DNA of 64,000 nucleotides. Origin: Octopus vulgaris. Taxonomy: Eukaryota. A model generated the notes under the pieces. That model was not told where the DNA came from, made no database searches, and saw only the letters and a program-made list of their open reading frames with translations. Both the position numbers and the translations under genes were made by a program. Positions 1-13,334 of the stretch are shown here, in pieces. The DNA lies in assembly GCA_951406725.2 (NCBI GenBank), contig OX597835.1:27404001-27468000 (forward strand). The letters are read 5' to 3'. Positions within the stretch are counted from its first letter, which is position 1; the number at the start of each line of letters is the position of its first letter.

Positions 1-215
1 TTATGATAATTAAGTTTGCATGTTTGCATAACATTAAACTAATTAATTAATTGATTAATGTATATACATCTGCATGCATGTAAGAATTTAAGGCTGATTA
101 GTGGAATCATTAGAACATTGGATGGAATCCCTTGCAGAGCCTGTTCTGGCTCACTGCAATCTGAGTTTAACCCTTTAACATTTACAAGGAACTGTTGAAA
201 ATTTCCTAGCTTTAA

Positions 216-436
216 CCCTTTTGTTACCAACCTGGCTGAAACCACCTCTGGCTCTGAGTACAAATATCTTGTTTTCATAAGTTTTGAATTAAAATCTTTC
301 ACCAAACCTTAGTCACAATTTATGTTCCTAACACTAGCTCAAAGATAAATAAGTTATTTTACTAAATTCTTTGTTATATTTAAAATTAATTGAAAGAAAC
401 ACAGAGCACCTCAACAGAAATATGGTAACAAAAGGG
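216..436. mobile_element. piggyBac-like MITE
   Basis: TTAA|CCCTTTTGTTACCA...TGGTAACAAAAGGG|TTAA. Confidence 0.85.
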
Positions 437-467
437 TTAAAATATATAATAGAGAAACAATTCTTAA

Positions 468-688
468 CCATTTTGATACCAACCCGCCTGAAACTGCCTC
501 TGGCTCTGTGGTACAAGTGTCTTGTTTTCATAAGATTTGAATTAAAATCTTCCACCAAACCTTAGTTACAATTTATGTTCCTAACACTAGCTGAATGATG
601 ACTAAGTTATTTTACTACATTCTTTGTTATATTTAAAGTAATTGAAAGAAACACAGAGCATCTCCAAATGAATACAGTAACAAAAAGG
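468..688. mobile_element. piggyBac-like MITE, second adjacent copy
   Basis: same internal sequence as 216-436; TTAA on both sides; slightly degenerate TIRs. Confidence 0.8.
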
Positions 689-1957
689 TTAAGGGCATCA
701 CAAAAGGGCTGATTGGAGGCCCAACTTTCCAAGTTCTTTTACAAGGCTTAGAAAAACTGAAGGGCTGCTGCAATAAGTGTGTGAATCTGAGTGGGGAATA
801 TGTCGAATAAAACCATAATAAACTGATCCTCCTGTATTTTCTTTTGTCCAAAGTCAGGAACTTTTCAGCATGTCATTATAAACCGGCCATACCAGGCTCA
901 AATATTCTACCTATTTTATGTTGGAAGAAGCCAGATCTAGCCTCTCACACCTACCCTACAATGTCATTCTAAAAATAAACACTGACATCATGGAAATCTC
1001 AAAGCTATGAGATAATGGATGATTAATTCAAAAACAATGTGAACAAATAAGCATTACATTTGACAGAGAACTCTGAATGCTAAAGGGTCGAAAACAGACT
1101 GAGGTCAACTTTGTTCATCTTTTCAAGGGTCGATAAGTCTGAGATGATAGATTGACAGACTTGTTAGAGCATCGGTCAAGATAGTTTATGCCAGCTGTTT
1201 CTAGTTCTGTGCATTTTGAGTTCAAGTCCCACCTCATGCCATCCTAGCAACAGAAGAGCAACAGTTCTGCAATTGAAAACTAATGGAAACATCGTTAACT
1301 TGTTTTGATTAGAAGATCAACAGTGCCCACATCACACCATAGCACATGTATACCACACTTACACATGTATAAATTGTATTATTTCATATTTGAATTTAAC
1401 CGAAAAAAAAACAAAAAAATTTTTTTTAATAACTTAAAAAAACTTGAGAATAAAATGTTCATGACCTGAAGCATTTAGTTCAGTGCTGTACCATCTTCAT
1501 CCTAAATATCCATCGATTCCAACTGTAGTCAACCTTTATTGAATAATTGTAAAATATCCTTTAGGGCTAGATGGATATTCTTGGTGTTAAAAGCTGAGAA
1601 AGAAATCTCCTTCGGAAGAGGAGATTTCTTTCTATCACAGGTCAAATTCAAAGAATATTTGTTAACTAACTATTTTCTTATGATATTTCTGTTGAAATGC
1701 ACCGCTTTTGTGACAATTTTGTAAATAATGAAGAACCAGCTGGAGGAGACTCTTCCTGGGGTTAAAAAATGGTAGTAATGTCAAAGAGCCATGTTGAAGT
1801 GGTGACAAACATTACTTCTCGGTATAGCTGCTACTTTCATTTCTTATAGAGACTTTCTAACTAGCTACTTTGCTTGTTGTAAATAACTTAAATTATTAAA
1901 TTGTTGTAAAATAACTCATTATTGAATTATTAAGCTAGTGTTTGGAACATTAATTAA

Positions 1958-2144
1958 CCCTTTCGTTACCAAATGTCTTGTTTCCATAAGTTTTGAATTA
2001 AAATCTTCCACCAAACCTTAGTCACGATTTATGATCCTAACACTAGCTTAATGATAACTAAGTTATTTTACTAAATTCTTCATTATATTTAAAATAGTTG
2101 AAAGAAACACAGAGTATCTCAACAGGAATATGGTAACAAAAGGG
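1958..2144. mobile_element. piggyBac-like MITE (internally deleted), nested in an older opposite-orientation relative (about 1660-2260)
   Basis: TTAA-CCCTTTCGTTACC...GGTAACAAAAGGG-TTAA; flanks continue as a diverged reverse copy. Confidence 0.8.
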
Positions 2145-2862
2145 TTAATATGAAATTTTGATGGAAGATTTTAGAAAATTAATTTCACTTTAGAGCAGGA
2201 AGTTCTTTTTATCATAGAATCAGATGCAGTTTTAGGTAGGTTGGCATCAAAAGGGCTAATCTCACATTTTGCAGTGATCACTGTTTCTGATGTTACTTAA
2301 TCTCAGATCATCCTTCATTACAAAAAAAAAAAAAAAAGTCCTAGCCATGACCATCCACCCTTGTCTTTTTGTACCTCATGGATTACACTACTTAAAGCAT
2401 CTCTTCTTTATTCAACTTTCTAATACCTGTTAATAAGCCTTGACACTTCAAATACCTAACTTTTACAAGAATAAGAAAGCAACAAAAATTGCTGTAATAT
2501 TGGATGAATTCTAAGGATTCTTTAAGTTTGAGCAACATTATTACACACAAGCGATTGTAACATTTGGTGATCGCCGTGATGTATTAGCATTTGACACACA
2601 CATACTATCTCTCACATACACACACACATAGAGCGTGTGTTTGTGTATGAGTATTTGATTTTTTTTCTTACTTCTCCACCCTCCTTTATCTTAATGCCCC
2701 GCCACCATCATACCCTACGAGAGGAATCCTATATACAGATGTGTATATATTTCTTCAGCTATAAATTGCCTGAAGATCCTGTGCACTCACATGTGAAACT
2801 CAGAACTGCAAGAGGCTGACTCAACCAAACTAAAATATATATAAATGTATTTATTAAATTAA

Positions 2863-2915
<53 letters not shown>

Positions 2916-3287
2916 GAATTTAAAATGAGGGTGAGAAAATTAGATATGTTAATAGTGAAACATGTATGTGAATAATCCATATTTTAATTGCTTTTTCTTT
3001 TGTCTTGTTCGATTACATTTTGGTTGTTTTGCTAAATTTTTCTTGAGAACATTTCTTAGTGGTAAGACCATAGCGGATCTATTTCTAGCATAAGGGTGTC
3101 CACATAGTGGCTTCCTTCTAATATGTATATATATATATATATATATATATTTATTTATATTAAGGGAGCAAGGCAAAATCCCTGTTTCCTATATGATTGA
3201 AATTAATGTCGAGGCACTAAAAGACTACCACAAAACTTCAAAAAAGAAGTTTTGCAGAAGTTTTCATAAGGTTGTCCTAAATTCTTG

Positions 3288-3520
3288 TTTCTGTATTGCC
3301 CACAAGGGGCTAAACGTGGAGGGGACAAACAAGGACAGACAAAGGAATTAAGTCGATTACATCGACCCCAGTGCATAACTGGTACTTATTTAATCGACCC
3401 CGAAAGGATGAAAGGCATAGTTTACCTTGGCGGAATTTGAACTCAGAACGTAACAGCAGATAAAATACCACTAAGCATTTCGCCCTACATGCTATCGTTT
3501 CTGCTAGCTCGTCACCTTTC
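3288..3520 (-). mobile_element. tRNA-derived SINE family A (further minus copies near 5150, 8805, 10050, 20100, 21210, 32890, 39240, 39555, 60050)
   Basis: shared core ...gagttcaaattccgccgagg...ctttcatcctttcggggtcgat(t)aaataagtaccagtt... with a B-box-like GTTCAAAT. Confidence 0.85.
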
Positions 3521-3529
3521 ATAAATTAT

Positions 3530-3729
3530 TTTATTGACTTCAGTCATTTGACTGTGGCCATGCTGGGGCATCAGCTTTAGTTGAACAAATTGACCCCAGG
3601 ACTTATTGTTTATAAGCCTAGTACTTATTCTATCAGTCTCTTTTGCTGAACTGCTAAGTTACGGGGGACGTAAACACACAAGCATCGGTTGTAAAGCGAT
3701 GGTGGGGTGACAAAAACAGACAGATAAAC

Positions 3730-3767
<38 letters not shown>

Positions 3768-3926
3768 AGCTTCTTTCAGTTTCCGTCTACCAAATCCACC
3801 CACAAGGCTTTGGTCGGCCTGAGGCTATAGTAGAAGACACTTGCTCAAGGTACCATGCAGTAAGACTGAACCCAGAACCATGTGGTTGGGAAGAAAGCTT
3901 CTTACCACACAGCCATGCCTGTGCCT
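3530..3926 (-). mobile_element. tRNA-derived SINE family B with internal microsatellite
   Basis: head ggctgtgtggtaag...gggttcagtc, ccttgggcaagt-type motif, tail cagcatggcc(a/g)cagtcaaatgactgaa. Confidence 0.85.
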
Positions 3927-4807
3927 ATATGTCCATGCTTGTTTTCAGACTTTTATCTAATAATTCTTTCATATGTTCTGAGTAACATAAAGCTTTCCTT
4001 GCATAAGTCCTAAGTTACTCTGCTGGTTGGACAGGAATATATATCATACATGATGCATGGACACCAAGGAAATATGCCGAATGCACCAAATCTGATACAG
4101 GGGAAGGGCAAAAAGGTTATCTATCTATCTATCTATTATCTTTGAGTAGTTAACATACTTCAGACATGCTTCTGACAGGGGTTGCACCCCTCGTAAGATG
4201 AATGAAGGTAAGTCCGCCACCTCCTACCATGACCACCACCACTGTAATACGTTGTTGTCATTGGTCAGCCATATCTTGACTGGTCAACATACAAACCTAG
4301 AATGAAAGATGTTCAGATCTCGACCATCACATCATACCACCTTTCCTTATTTACACTGATGGTGGTGGTGGTGGGTGGGTAGTGGAAAATTTCTTTGCTA
4401 TGTCATAAGCTTATTGACTTATGACACAACAGCTTATACATTGGTTCACTTCACTTCACAAATGTCATAAGTCACATCAGTGTACCCTTTCACTCACCTA
4501 CCTGCTCGCAATTACAAAGGTTCCTTGATTACACCTGATTCAAAAGGTAACAATTTCCTTTTCGGTGTTAATTCATTGCATGTTTATATTTAGGGAAACT
4601 TCAATATCTTACACAAAATCATACAACATTCATTAAATATTGATTAAAAAAAAAAAGAAACAAAAAACAAAGCATTAAAAAAAAATATCAATCTGAAGCC
4701 CTTTTGCTTAGCAGATATGAATTAATATCTTTTAGTTAATATCACAGAAAACAGTAACTAATTAAAGTTACAGGAGATATTAACATATTATTTGGTTAAT
4801 ATTACAG

Positions 4808-4960
4808 GAGGCAATAAGGTGGTGAGTTGGCAGAATTGTTAGCAAAACGCTTAGTGGCATTTCGACCATTTTTATGTTCTGGGTTCAAATTACACTGAAA
4901 TCATCTTTGCCTTTCCTGCTTTCAGGGTCGATAAAATAAGTACCAGTTTGGTATCTATTT
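4808..4960 (+). mobile_element. SINE family A, plus orientation
   Basis: ggcagaattgttagca...gggttcaaat...gggtcgataaaataagtaccagtt. Confidence 0.8.
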
Positions 4961-5364
4961 ACTTATAATTGAAGATTCAGACAGTTTCTCTAGTCTCTCT
5001 ACCACATTGTTGATACAATCATGCTAGCCACTGCTGCCAAAGGCAACAGGGAGTCGGGAGTGTGCCAAAAAAAAAAAAAGGGGCAGCAAAACAAATGAGA
5101 GAAACAAAAAAAAAAGATGATCTGCTCCCAATCCTGTATCATAATATTAGTTTCAAATTTTGGCACAAGGCCAGCAATTTCAGGACAAAGGTCAAGTACA
5201 TTGACCCCCCCACCAGTATTCAACTGGTACTTATTTTATCAACCTCCGAAACGTTGAAAGGCAAAGTTAACCTCTGCAGGATTTGAACCCAGAATGTAAA
5301 GATAGGCAAAATGCCACAAACATTTTACCCGGCACAGTTACAACTCTGCTAGCTTGCTGTGTTA

Positions 5365-5735
5365 ATCCTGCATCATAGTATTGCTATGTACAGGTATTCC
5401 TGGGTTATAATAATCATACACAGATACACCTGTACCGTAGTACTTTCACATCTGGACACTCCTGTATCATAATATCACAGGCAGATACTCCATCATATCA
5501 TATCACAGACAGATACGATATCCATAATTTATCACATACAGATATTCCTGTATCCCAATACTGTTACAGCTAGATACTCTTATGTCCTAAAACTATCATG
5601 TGCCGATACTCCTGCATCATAATAATATCACAGTGAGATACTTGTGTATTATACAACTATCATATGTATACTATCTTACATGAGAAGCCTACCACAGTTA
5701 CATACTCATGCAGTTATATAATCCTGTATATATCT
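5365..5735. repeat. degenerate minisatellite, unit of about 30-35 bp
   Basis: recurring gatactcctgtatcataata..tcaca motif. Confidence 0.7.
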
Positions 5736-6037
5736 TCATCACCAGCATCATTTTACGTCCATTTCCATGCTGGCATGAATTGGATGGTTTAACAGGATTT
5801 AGCCAGCTGCAGGGCTACGTTCAGCTCCAATGTGAGCTTTGGCATGGTTTTGATGGGTAGATACCCTTCCTAACACCAACCCCTTTTTACATACTACCAA
5901 CACTAGAGAGGTTACATTGAGAGGCTAAAGTATGACAGGGGTCTTGCTACAAAGGAGATATATGGCTACCTATGTGGATGAGAGTATATCTCTGTATATG
6001 TATATATCTATGTATATATATATATATACACACACTC

Positions 6038-6143
6038 AAAATAAGCAACAAGGATATCCAAGGTAGTGTAGTACAATCGTTTCATGCTACTTCATTAAAC
6101 GATTGTACTACACTACCTTGGATATCCTTGTTGCTTATTTTGA
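6038..6143. mobile_element. near-perfect fold-back element between (TA)n tracts (one arm repeated at about 59289-59349)
   Basis: caaaataagcaacaaggatatccaaggtagtgtagtacaatcgttt and its reverse complement around a short loop. Confidence 0.85.
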
Positions 6144-6467
6144 TTATAATCACCCCATTTGATTTATATGGATAATACCATACCAAATTCTAGTGTCTTT
6201 AACTTAAGTACCATATTTATCTGAATCTAAATTTTGCTGAACTTATATATATATATATATCATTATCATTGTTTAACGTCCGCTTTCCATGCTAGCATGG
6301 GTTCGATGATTTGACTGAGGTCTGGCGAACCAGATGGCTGTACCAGACTCTAATCTGATCTGGCAGAGTTTCTACAGCTGGATGCCCTTCCTAATGCCAA
6401 CCACTCCAAGAGTGTAGTGGGTGTTTTTATGTGCCACCGGCACGAGGGCCAGTCAGGTGGCACTGGC

Positions 6468-6499
<32 letters not shown>

Positions 6500-6734
6500 T
6501 TCTTAAGTAACCAGATGATGGATTTGATATTAATCTTTATTTTATACGACAGTTTTGACCCATCTGGAAATATACCCTGATTGTGGATAATACCAGGTAG
6601 CCCAGACTGTGCCAGTACTCTACTCAATATTTCAACACACTGATCGACATACACTTATTAGTCCAAAAATATTATATATATATATATATGTATATATGCA
6701 TACACACACATACTAAAACATATGGATACTTCTG

Positions 6735-7292
6735 TATGAGGACTCATGAAAAGAAATTGGGACCGTTGCTATGGTAACAGAACTAAGGTCTGCAGAGTGA
6801 AGCTGCTTGGCATAAATTGACCTTGAACTCTGTCGTACGTACACACTAAGCTATAACGTTTTCACTCACTTCCATTGTTTATTGCAGTGCTTGGAAGCGT
6901 GTAGAGTGCAGTTGTCTAAAAAACTAGACTGGCTTTCAGCTGTGCAGGATCTCTTTGACTGTGTTGAGGAAGATGAAAACGTTTTGAAAATGGTCATAAC
7001 AGGTGACAAATCATGGATCTATGGATCTATGACTCCAAAATCAAGGCTCAATTTTTGCAATGGAAGACCCGCCCAACAAGATTTCAAGATGTTGAGGAAA
7101 TCCAAGGAAATGTGATGAGGCAACTGCTTGCTATCCCCCCACCAGGAATTCATCCATTAATGGAAACAACACGGGATAAAGTGTGAGGCTTCAGAAAGGA
7201 ACTACATCGAAGGAGATTAAATGCCAAATTGATATCTGTTGTATTTTTCTGTTTATAATAACAGTTCTGAAACTTTTTGAATGGACCTCATA
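6735..7292 (+). mobile_element. internally deleted mariner-type DNA transposon
   Basis: TA-flanked degenerate TIRs (tatgagg...cctcata); translation VITGDKSWIYG resembles the first catalytic-Asp motif of mariner transposase. Confidence 0.7.
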
Positions 7293-7867
7293 TCTTAATG
7301 AGATTACTCCAACAAATAATCATTAGCAGATAAAAATGACGATGAAATCCACAGTTAAAAAAGCAAGTAGCTTCTCAGCATTTTGAAATGCGAAGAAGAT
7401 AAATTGCTTTTTAATTTGGGAAGAACTGGAGTGAGAATGAGTGGGAAATATGGAGGATATGATAGCATCAATCGAAAATTGAAATTTGTTTGCTACACTT
7501 CACTTTGTCAAGAATCAAGAATCAAACATTTGCACTTGCAGCATAAGTTCCACCAGTAAGTTATCACCCAGTAGACTCAATGAGAAAGAGGCTTCTCCAG
7601 AAACTTTTCTATTAAAAGAGATCACAATTGTCATATATATATATATATATATATGTAAATATATATATACATACACATATACATGATGGGATTCTTACAG
7701 TTTCCATCTACCAAATTCACTCACAATGCTTTGATCAACCTGGAGCTGTAGTAGAAGACACTTGCACAAGGTGCCACACAGTAGAACTGAACTCAGCACC
7801 ATGTTCTTGGGAAGCCAACCTCTAACCACACAGCTATGCTACTGTCTATACACACACACAAAGACAC

Positions 7868-8097
7868 AGGGCGGGCCGAAAGTCATGCACCAGCATAAAA
7901 CTCCTTAAATATATGTATATTGCACATTTCAGCTTCAATTTCTCTAAAATCTAAATGAAATAATGATGAACAGACATGTAGTTGTACATGATGAACAAAA
8001 TAAATAATAATAATAATAATAATAATAATGATAATAATAACAATACAATATAAATAAAATGTCAAATGTTTTGGTGCATGACTTTTGGCCCATACAG
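7868..8097. mobile_element. Tc1/mariner-like MITE
   Basis: TIRs gggccgaaagtcatgcacca / tggtgcatgacttttggccc, next to a (TA)n tract. Confidence 0.7.
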
Positions 8098-8100
8098 TAA

Positions 8101-8170
<70 letters not shown>

Positions 8171-9530
8171 TTTTATTCCTTTACTTGTGTCAGTCACTTG
8201 ACTGTGGTGCAGCCCACATCTAAAATTAATATAAACAACTGGGTGCAACATAATACCAAAACAAAGAATTCAATTGTCACTAAATGTGACTAAGGATAAT
8301 GAAACACCTACATTGCTAGAAATAGGAGTAAGATCCTCCTTGTGCTGTAGGAAGAGCGCAAATGTATACACAATATGCTGACAGGGGAAGAAACCAGCCC
8401 ATGTATAGAAAGGATAACAATCAGTCATTTGTGAGTATGATTTGGTAGTTAGTTGCATGTGATTGCTCATAGCTTTAGGTGCTTATGTAGGGACAACCAG
8501 TGACCCCTTCCCAGTGCTTCCAGCCTTGATGCAGTGGATCATCAAAGATCTGATTACTGGGGGTAAGATGGGGTTGATGGGGTTGTGCCAGCACTTGGCT
8601 TAATGTACGCTTTGTCAGTTGAACAGACAGGAGGAATGTGAAGTGTAGAGCCGAGCTCAGAAGCACTCCTGGTCACTCAGTACAGGAATTGAGCCAACGA
8701 CTTAGGATTGTGAGGTCAACGCCTTAACTAATAGCCCACACATCCTATCACACACACACATACACATGCATGCACGAAAACAAGTGTGTGCGTGTGTGTA
8801 CTAGTGATTTAAAATTTTGGCACAAGGCCAGCAATTTCGTGGTGGGGGCAGGGAAAGTCCATCACATCGACCCCAGTATTCAACTGGTACTTATTTTCAC
8901 CCCCCCCCCACCAAAAGGAGGAAAAGTAAAGTTGACCATGGTGAAATTTGAACTCAGAATGTAAAAACAGATGAAATGCCACTAAACATTTTGCCCGGGT
9001 ATGCTAATGATTCTGCCAGATTGCTGTGTGTGTGTGTGTGTGTAATATCAATTTCTAATCTAGGCATAAGGCTTCATTTTTCAAGCCTATGCTCTTCCAA
9101 AGAAAGGAACACAGAAAGAAAAAAGGAGAGAAAATAAAGAATGTATAGTGGCTAGTAATTTATCATGATGAATGCCAGACAGAAGGGTCACACAGGAGAG
9201 CTAGGAAGAAGGGGAGATAATAAAGTAGTGGTGATCCCAAAATGAAGGCGCTAGTACGTGTGTATAAGAGAGTATGTATGGGCTGGTGAACTTGAAGTGT
9301 GCATGTGTGTATGTGTAGGTATGTACATGAAGTCAAAATAATTAGTGGTATATTGAAATCATTTGATACGCATGTTTCAAGTTCACATAATATATAATGG
9401 TAAATGTAAATGCATCCATTACCTAGACCTTCCTCAGTAGAGATATTCTGATGCCAGTACAAACTGACTGGTCTAGATCCCATTTCTGCAGATACTCCAA
9501 CAACAATCTGGAGTAGTTTGTTACATTTGA

Positions 9531-9566
<36 letters not shown>

Positions 9567-9639
9567 TGCATATATGTATGTGTGCATGTATATATATATA
9601 TATATGTATGAATGTATGTATTTATGTGTGTGTGTTTAC

Positions 9640-9946
9640 ATAATGGACTCTCCCATCGTTAGACGATGTATGAGGGTTTGACAAATTCTTGCCGAACAAC
9701 CACACAGAGGATTTGTTTTATAGTGATCAGATGTTTGTGTAAACGTAAGCTCACTCCCTCCATGAGATTGACATTACCTGTGCAGGTGCAACTGGGTGCC
9801 CACATGTCAGATGTCGAAATGATTGCAGGGCAACGTGAAATCAAGTGCTTTGCTCAAGAACACAACGCAGCACCCAGTCTGGGAATTGAACCCATGATCT
9901 CGCAATCGTGAGTGCAACAGCCTAACCACTAAGCCACGCACCTTTA
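9640..9946 (-). mobile_element. tRNA-derived SINE family E (relatives near 8480-8750, 45945-46245, 55830-56105, 59050-59270)
   Basis: minus-strand head gtggcttagtggttagg...gggttcaattcc followed by ttcttgagcaaagcactt. Confidence 0.75.
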
Positions 9947-10604
9947 CTGTATATGTGATGGTAACTTCTAACAAATGTCAAATAATGTAAGAGAGGAACA
10001 ATCAGTAACATCACCCCCACCCATTTATATCAAGTACCCATTATATTTATTTCTTTATTGCCCATAGGGTCTAAACATAGAGAGGGTAAACAAGGACAAA
10101 GAAAGGGATTAAGTTGATTACATCGACCCCAGTGAATAACTGGTACTTATTTAATCGACCCCTGAAAGGATGAAAGGCAAAGTCGACCTCGGCGGAATTT
10201 GAACTCAGAACATAGCAGCAGGTGAAATACTGCTAAGCATTTCGCCGGGGTGCTAACGATTATATTGCCACAAACCCCAACACTTAAAATTTTGTCAACA
10301 ACAGAAGGTTTAAGGTTTAAGTCTAAGCATTAAGGAATCAAACTGTGAACGTAGAGAGGAAGCAAGGCAACGAAATAATACCGCAAAAAACATTTTCTTT
10401 TTCTTTATTCTGTTTCTCTGGCACTCCGACAGATTCCAATATTACACCATAACTCTTGCAAATCCTACCCAATGGCACTTTTTAATAGAAACTAGAGAAC
10501 AAAACTGATTTTCGATATACATACATACATACATATATATATATATACACAGACACACACATATATATACACACACACACACATATATATACATACATAT
10601 ATAT

Positions 10605-10651
<47 letters not shown>

Positions 10652-10660
10652 CATACATAC

Positions 10661-10691
<31 letters not shown>

Positions 10692-11166
10692 TGCATATAT
10701 ATGATCGTGACATATTGCTTAATCCAAATCTTTAAATATAGAGAATGGAAAGTGATTTTATACCCACTTGTACTTACCTTGCTTTCTTTTAAAATAATAC
10801 CGAGAGCAAAAAATTTATAGGTTAGTGTGTGTATGTGTGTATGTGTGAGAGAGAGAGAGTGTGTATGTGTATGCATGTATGTATATTCTATGTGGAAATG
10901 CTATTGCCCCACAATGCTTTTGTTAAAAAATACACGCACACATATACAAAAAATACAACAACAACAAAAGGAACAAACAGAAACGTCATTCATATTCAAA
11001 TGTAATGATCAAAAATATGAATTAGTTTGAAGATAATATATTTAGCAACTTGAATGATTGCTGATTTTTTAATGACACTCTGTATGTGTACATTTGTGTG
11101 TGTGTGTGCATGCGTGCATTTGTGTGTGTGCATGTGTGCATAAACACATGCACACACATCTGAATA

Positions 11167-11240
<74 letters not shown>

Positions 11241-11586
11241 CATATATATATATACATACATAAATGCTCCAATATGGCTACAGTATAATAAATGAAACTA
11301 ATATAAAAGAGAATGTGTGTGTGTGTAGATATATATATATACTTTACTTGAGGGTTAACAAGGCTACCAATGGTATCATGCTGGGTGAAATGTCTCAACA
11401 ATTATCGAGCCTTCCACATTGGACATTGGTGCTTATCTCTGTCTTGGATAATTATTGAGAGATAGTATGAAACCAATGGTAGCCTTGCAATTCCACAAAT
11501 AGAGAATATTTATCCATCAATACAGTGTCGAGCCCCCATTCTCAACGTCTGATATCAATGTGTGCACACACACACATATATATATA

Positions 11587-11626
<40 letters not shown>

Positions 11627-12729
11627 ATAGCGTATAGTGGATTGGCACAGTTAGCTGTGATTTAGCACAAAGTGACAAAATGATGGGGTCCTAAAAAACC
11701 CTTTGCTGATTTGCTGGTTTAAGTTTTAATTTTTAATCACAAATATTTTGAGCGTATAACTCCTTGTGAGACATGGTTATTTGTATTCTTATTGATAGGT
11801 TGAAATCAGGTACATTACACAAGAGAAATGAGTATATGTCCACCGTTCAGAGTTATACTTCCATGTATGTTACTCTTCACCGTGGTTCAGAATAAGGTTC
11901 TGCTTCTCAGTGAAATGTGCTTTTGCAATCCAGAAATTTTCAGCTCATTGTAACCTGTGTATTTTTTAATATTTTCTTGATGTTTTAAATCGTTCAAGAA
12001 TACTGTGTTGTTTTGCAGAGGTGTTTTGATATTTATATGTCTATTTTCACACTGGTAAACAACAATCCACAAGTGTAGAAATAGATGCGTTGAATTGCAC
12101 ATAAGAATATCCGAACACTTCCTCAAAGGAATGTTCTCCGGCACAGTATTCTAGAACAAGGCTCCTAGTTGCCTGTTATTTTGTTGATACGCCAGCTTTG
12201 TCACTTTCAAGTAATTCACATTGTGCACTAACAGGCAATCCAAAATAAGGACATGTTATAAGAGATACACAAACACACACACACAAACAATTATATGCAC
12301 ATAAATTATTTTATAAATGGAGTTATTATTCTTACAACATAATTACTATTATTTAATTTAAATAAAGGTTCTCTGAGCATCATCAGAAGAGTTCTTTGAT
12401 GATGCTAAGGGAATATTCATATAACTGCATGTTGTAAAAATTTTAAAGCATATACATATAAATATATATGTATTATAATAATAATAATTATTATTTAAAA
12501 CAGTCTGATTTTGTTCTATGTGACTTAAAGTTTCATGGGCCTCTAACAGAAGCCCATCTTTTTTAGGTTTAGATAACAAATCTTTAAGTCACATGGAGCA
12601 GAATGAAACAGCTTTAAATAATAATACATGTAGCTTTTACTATGTAAACATGTTGAGTGCGTTTTTCACTCAATTGTCCACTCACTCATGTGTGTGTGTG
12701 TGTATGTGTATCAATATATATATATATTC

Positions 12730-12951
12730 ATTTATCCTTTTATTTGTTTCAGTCATTTTGACTGTGGCTATGCTGGAGCACCGCCTTTAGTCGAACAAAT
12801 TGACCCCGGGACTTATTCTTTGTAAGCCTCATCCTTTTTCTATCGGTCTCTTTTGCTGAACTGCTAAGTTATGGGGACATAAACACACCAACATTGGTTG
12901 TCAAGTAATGGTGGTGGGGGACAAACACAGACACACAAATGTGTATGATGA

Positions 12952-13011
<60 letters not shown>

Positions 13012-13098
13012 ATATATATATGTATATATATGTATGTATGTATATATATATATATATATATATATTTGTATGTATATATATATATGTATATATGTATG

Positions 13099-13137
<39 letters not shown>

Positions 13138-13297
13138 GATGGGCTTCTTTCACTTTCTGTCTACCAAATCCACTCACAAGGCTTTGGTCAGCCTGAGGTT
13201 TTAGTGGAAGACACTTGCCCAAGTTGACATGCAGTGGGACTGAACCTGGAACCAGGTAGTTGGTAAGCAAACTACATACTACATAGCCACTATTACT

Positions 13298-13300
<3 letters not shown>
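12730..13300 (-). mobile_element. SINE family B
   Basis: full-length copy with expanded internal (TA)n/(TATG)n. Confidence 0.85.

Positions 13301-13334
<34 letters not shown>

Noticed and set aside
6070-6100. GAAAC-GAUU-GUA as a hammerhead 3' half in the 6038 fold-back
   Set aside because: No CUGANGA core lies upstream in either this copy or the 59289 copy.
11620-12240. Unique-looking stretch with an 85-aa ORF (11887-12144, minus), considered as a GIY-YIG or transposase remnant
   Set aside because: I could not recognise a diagnostic motif; it needs a translated database search.
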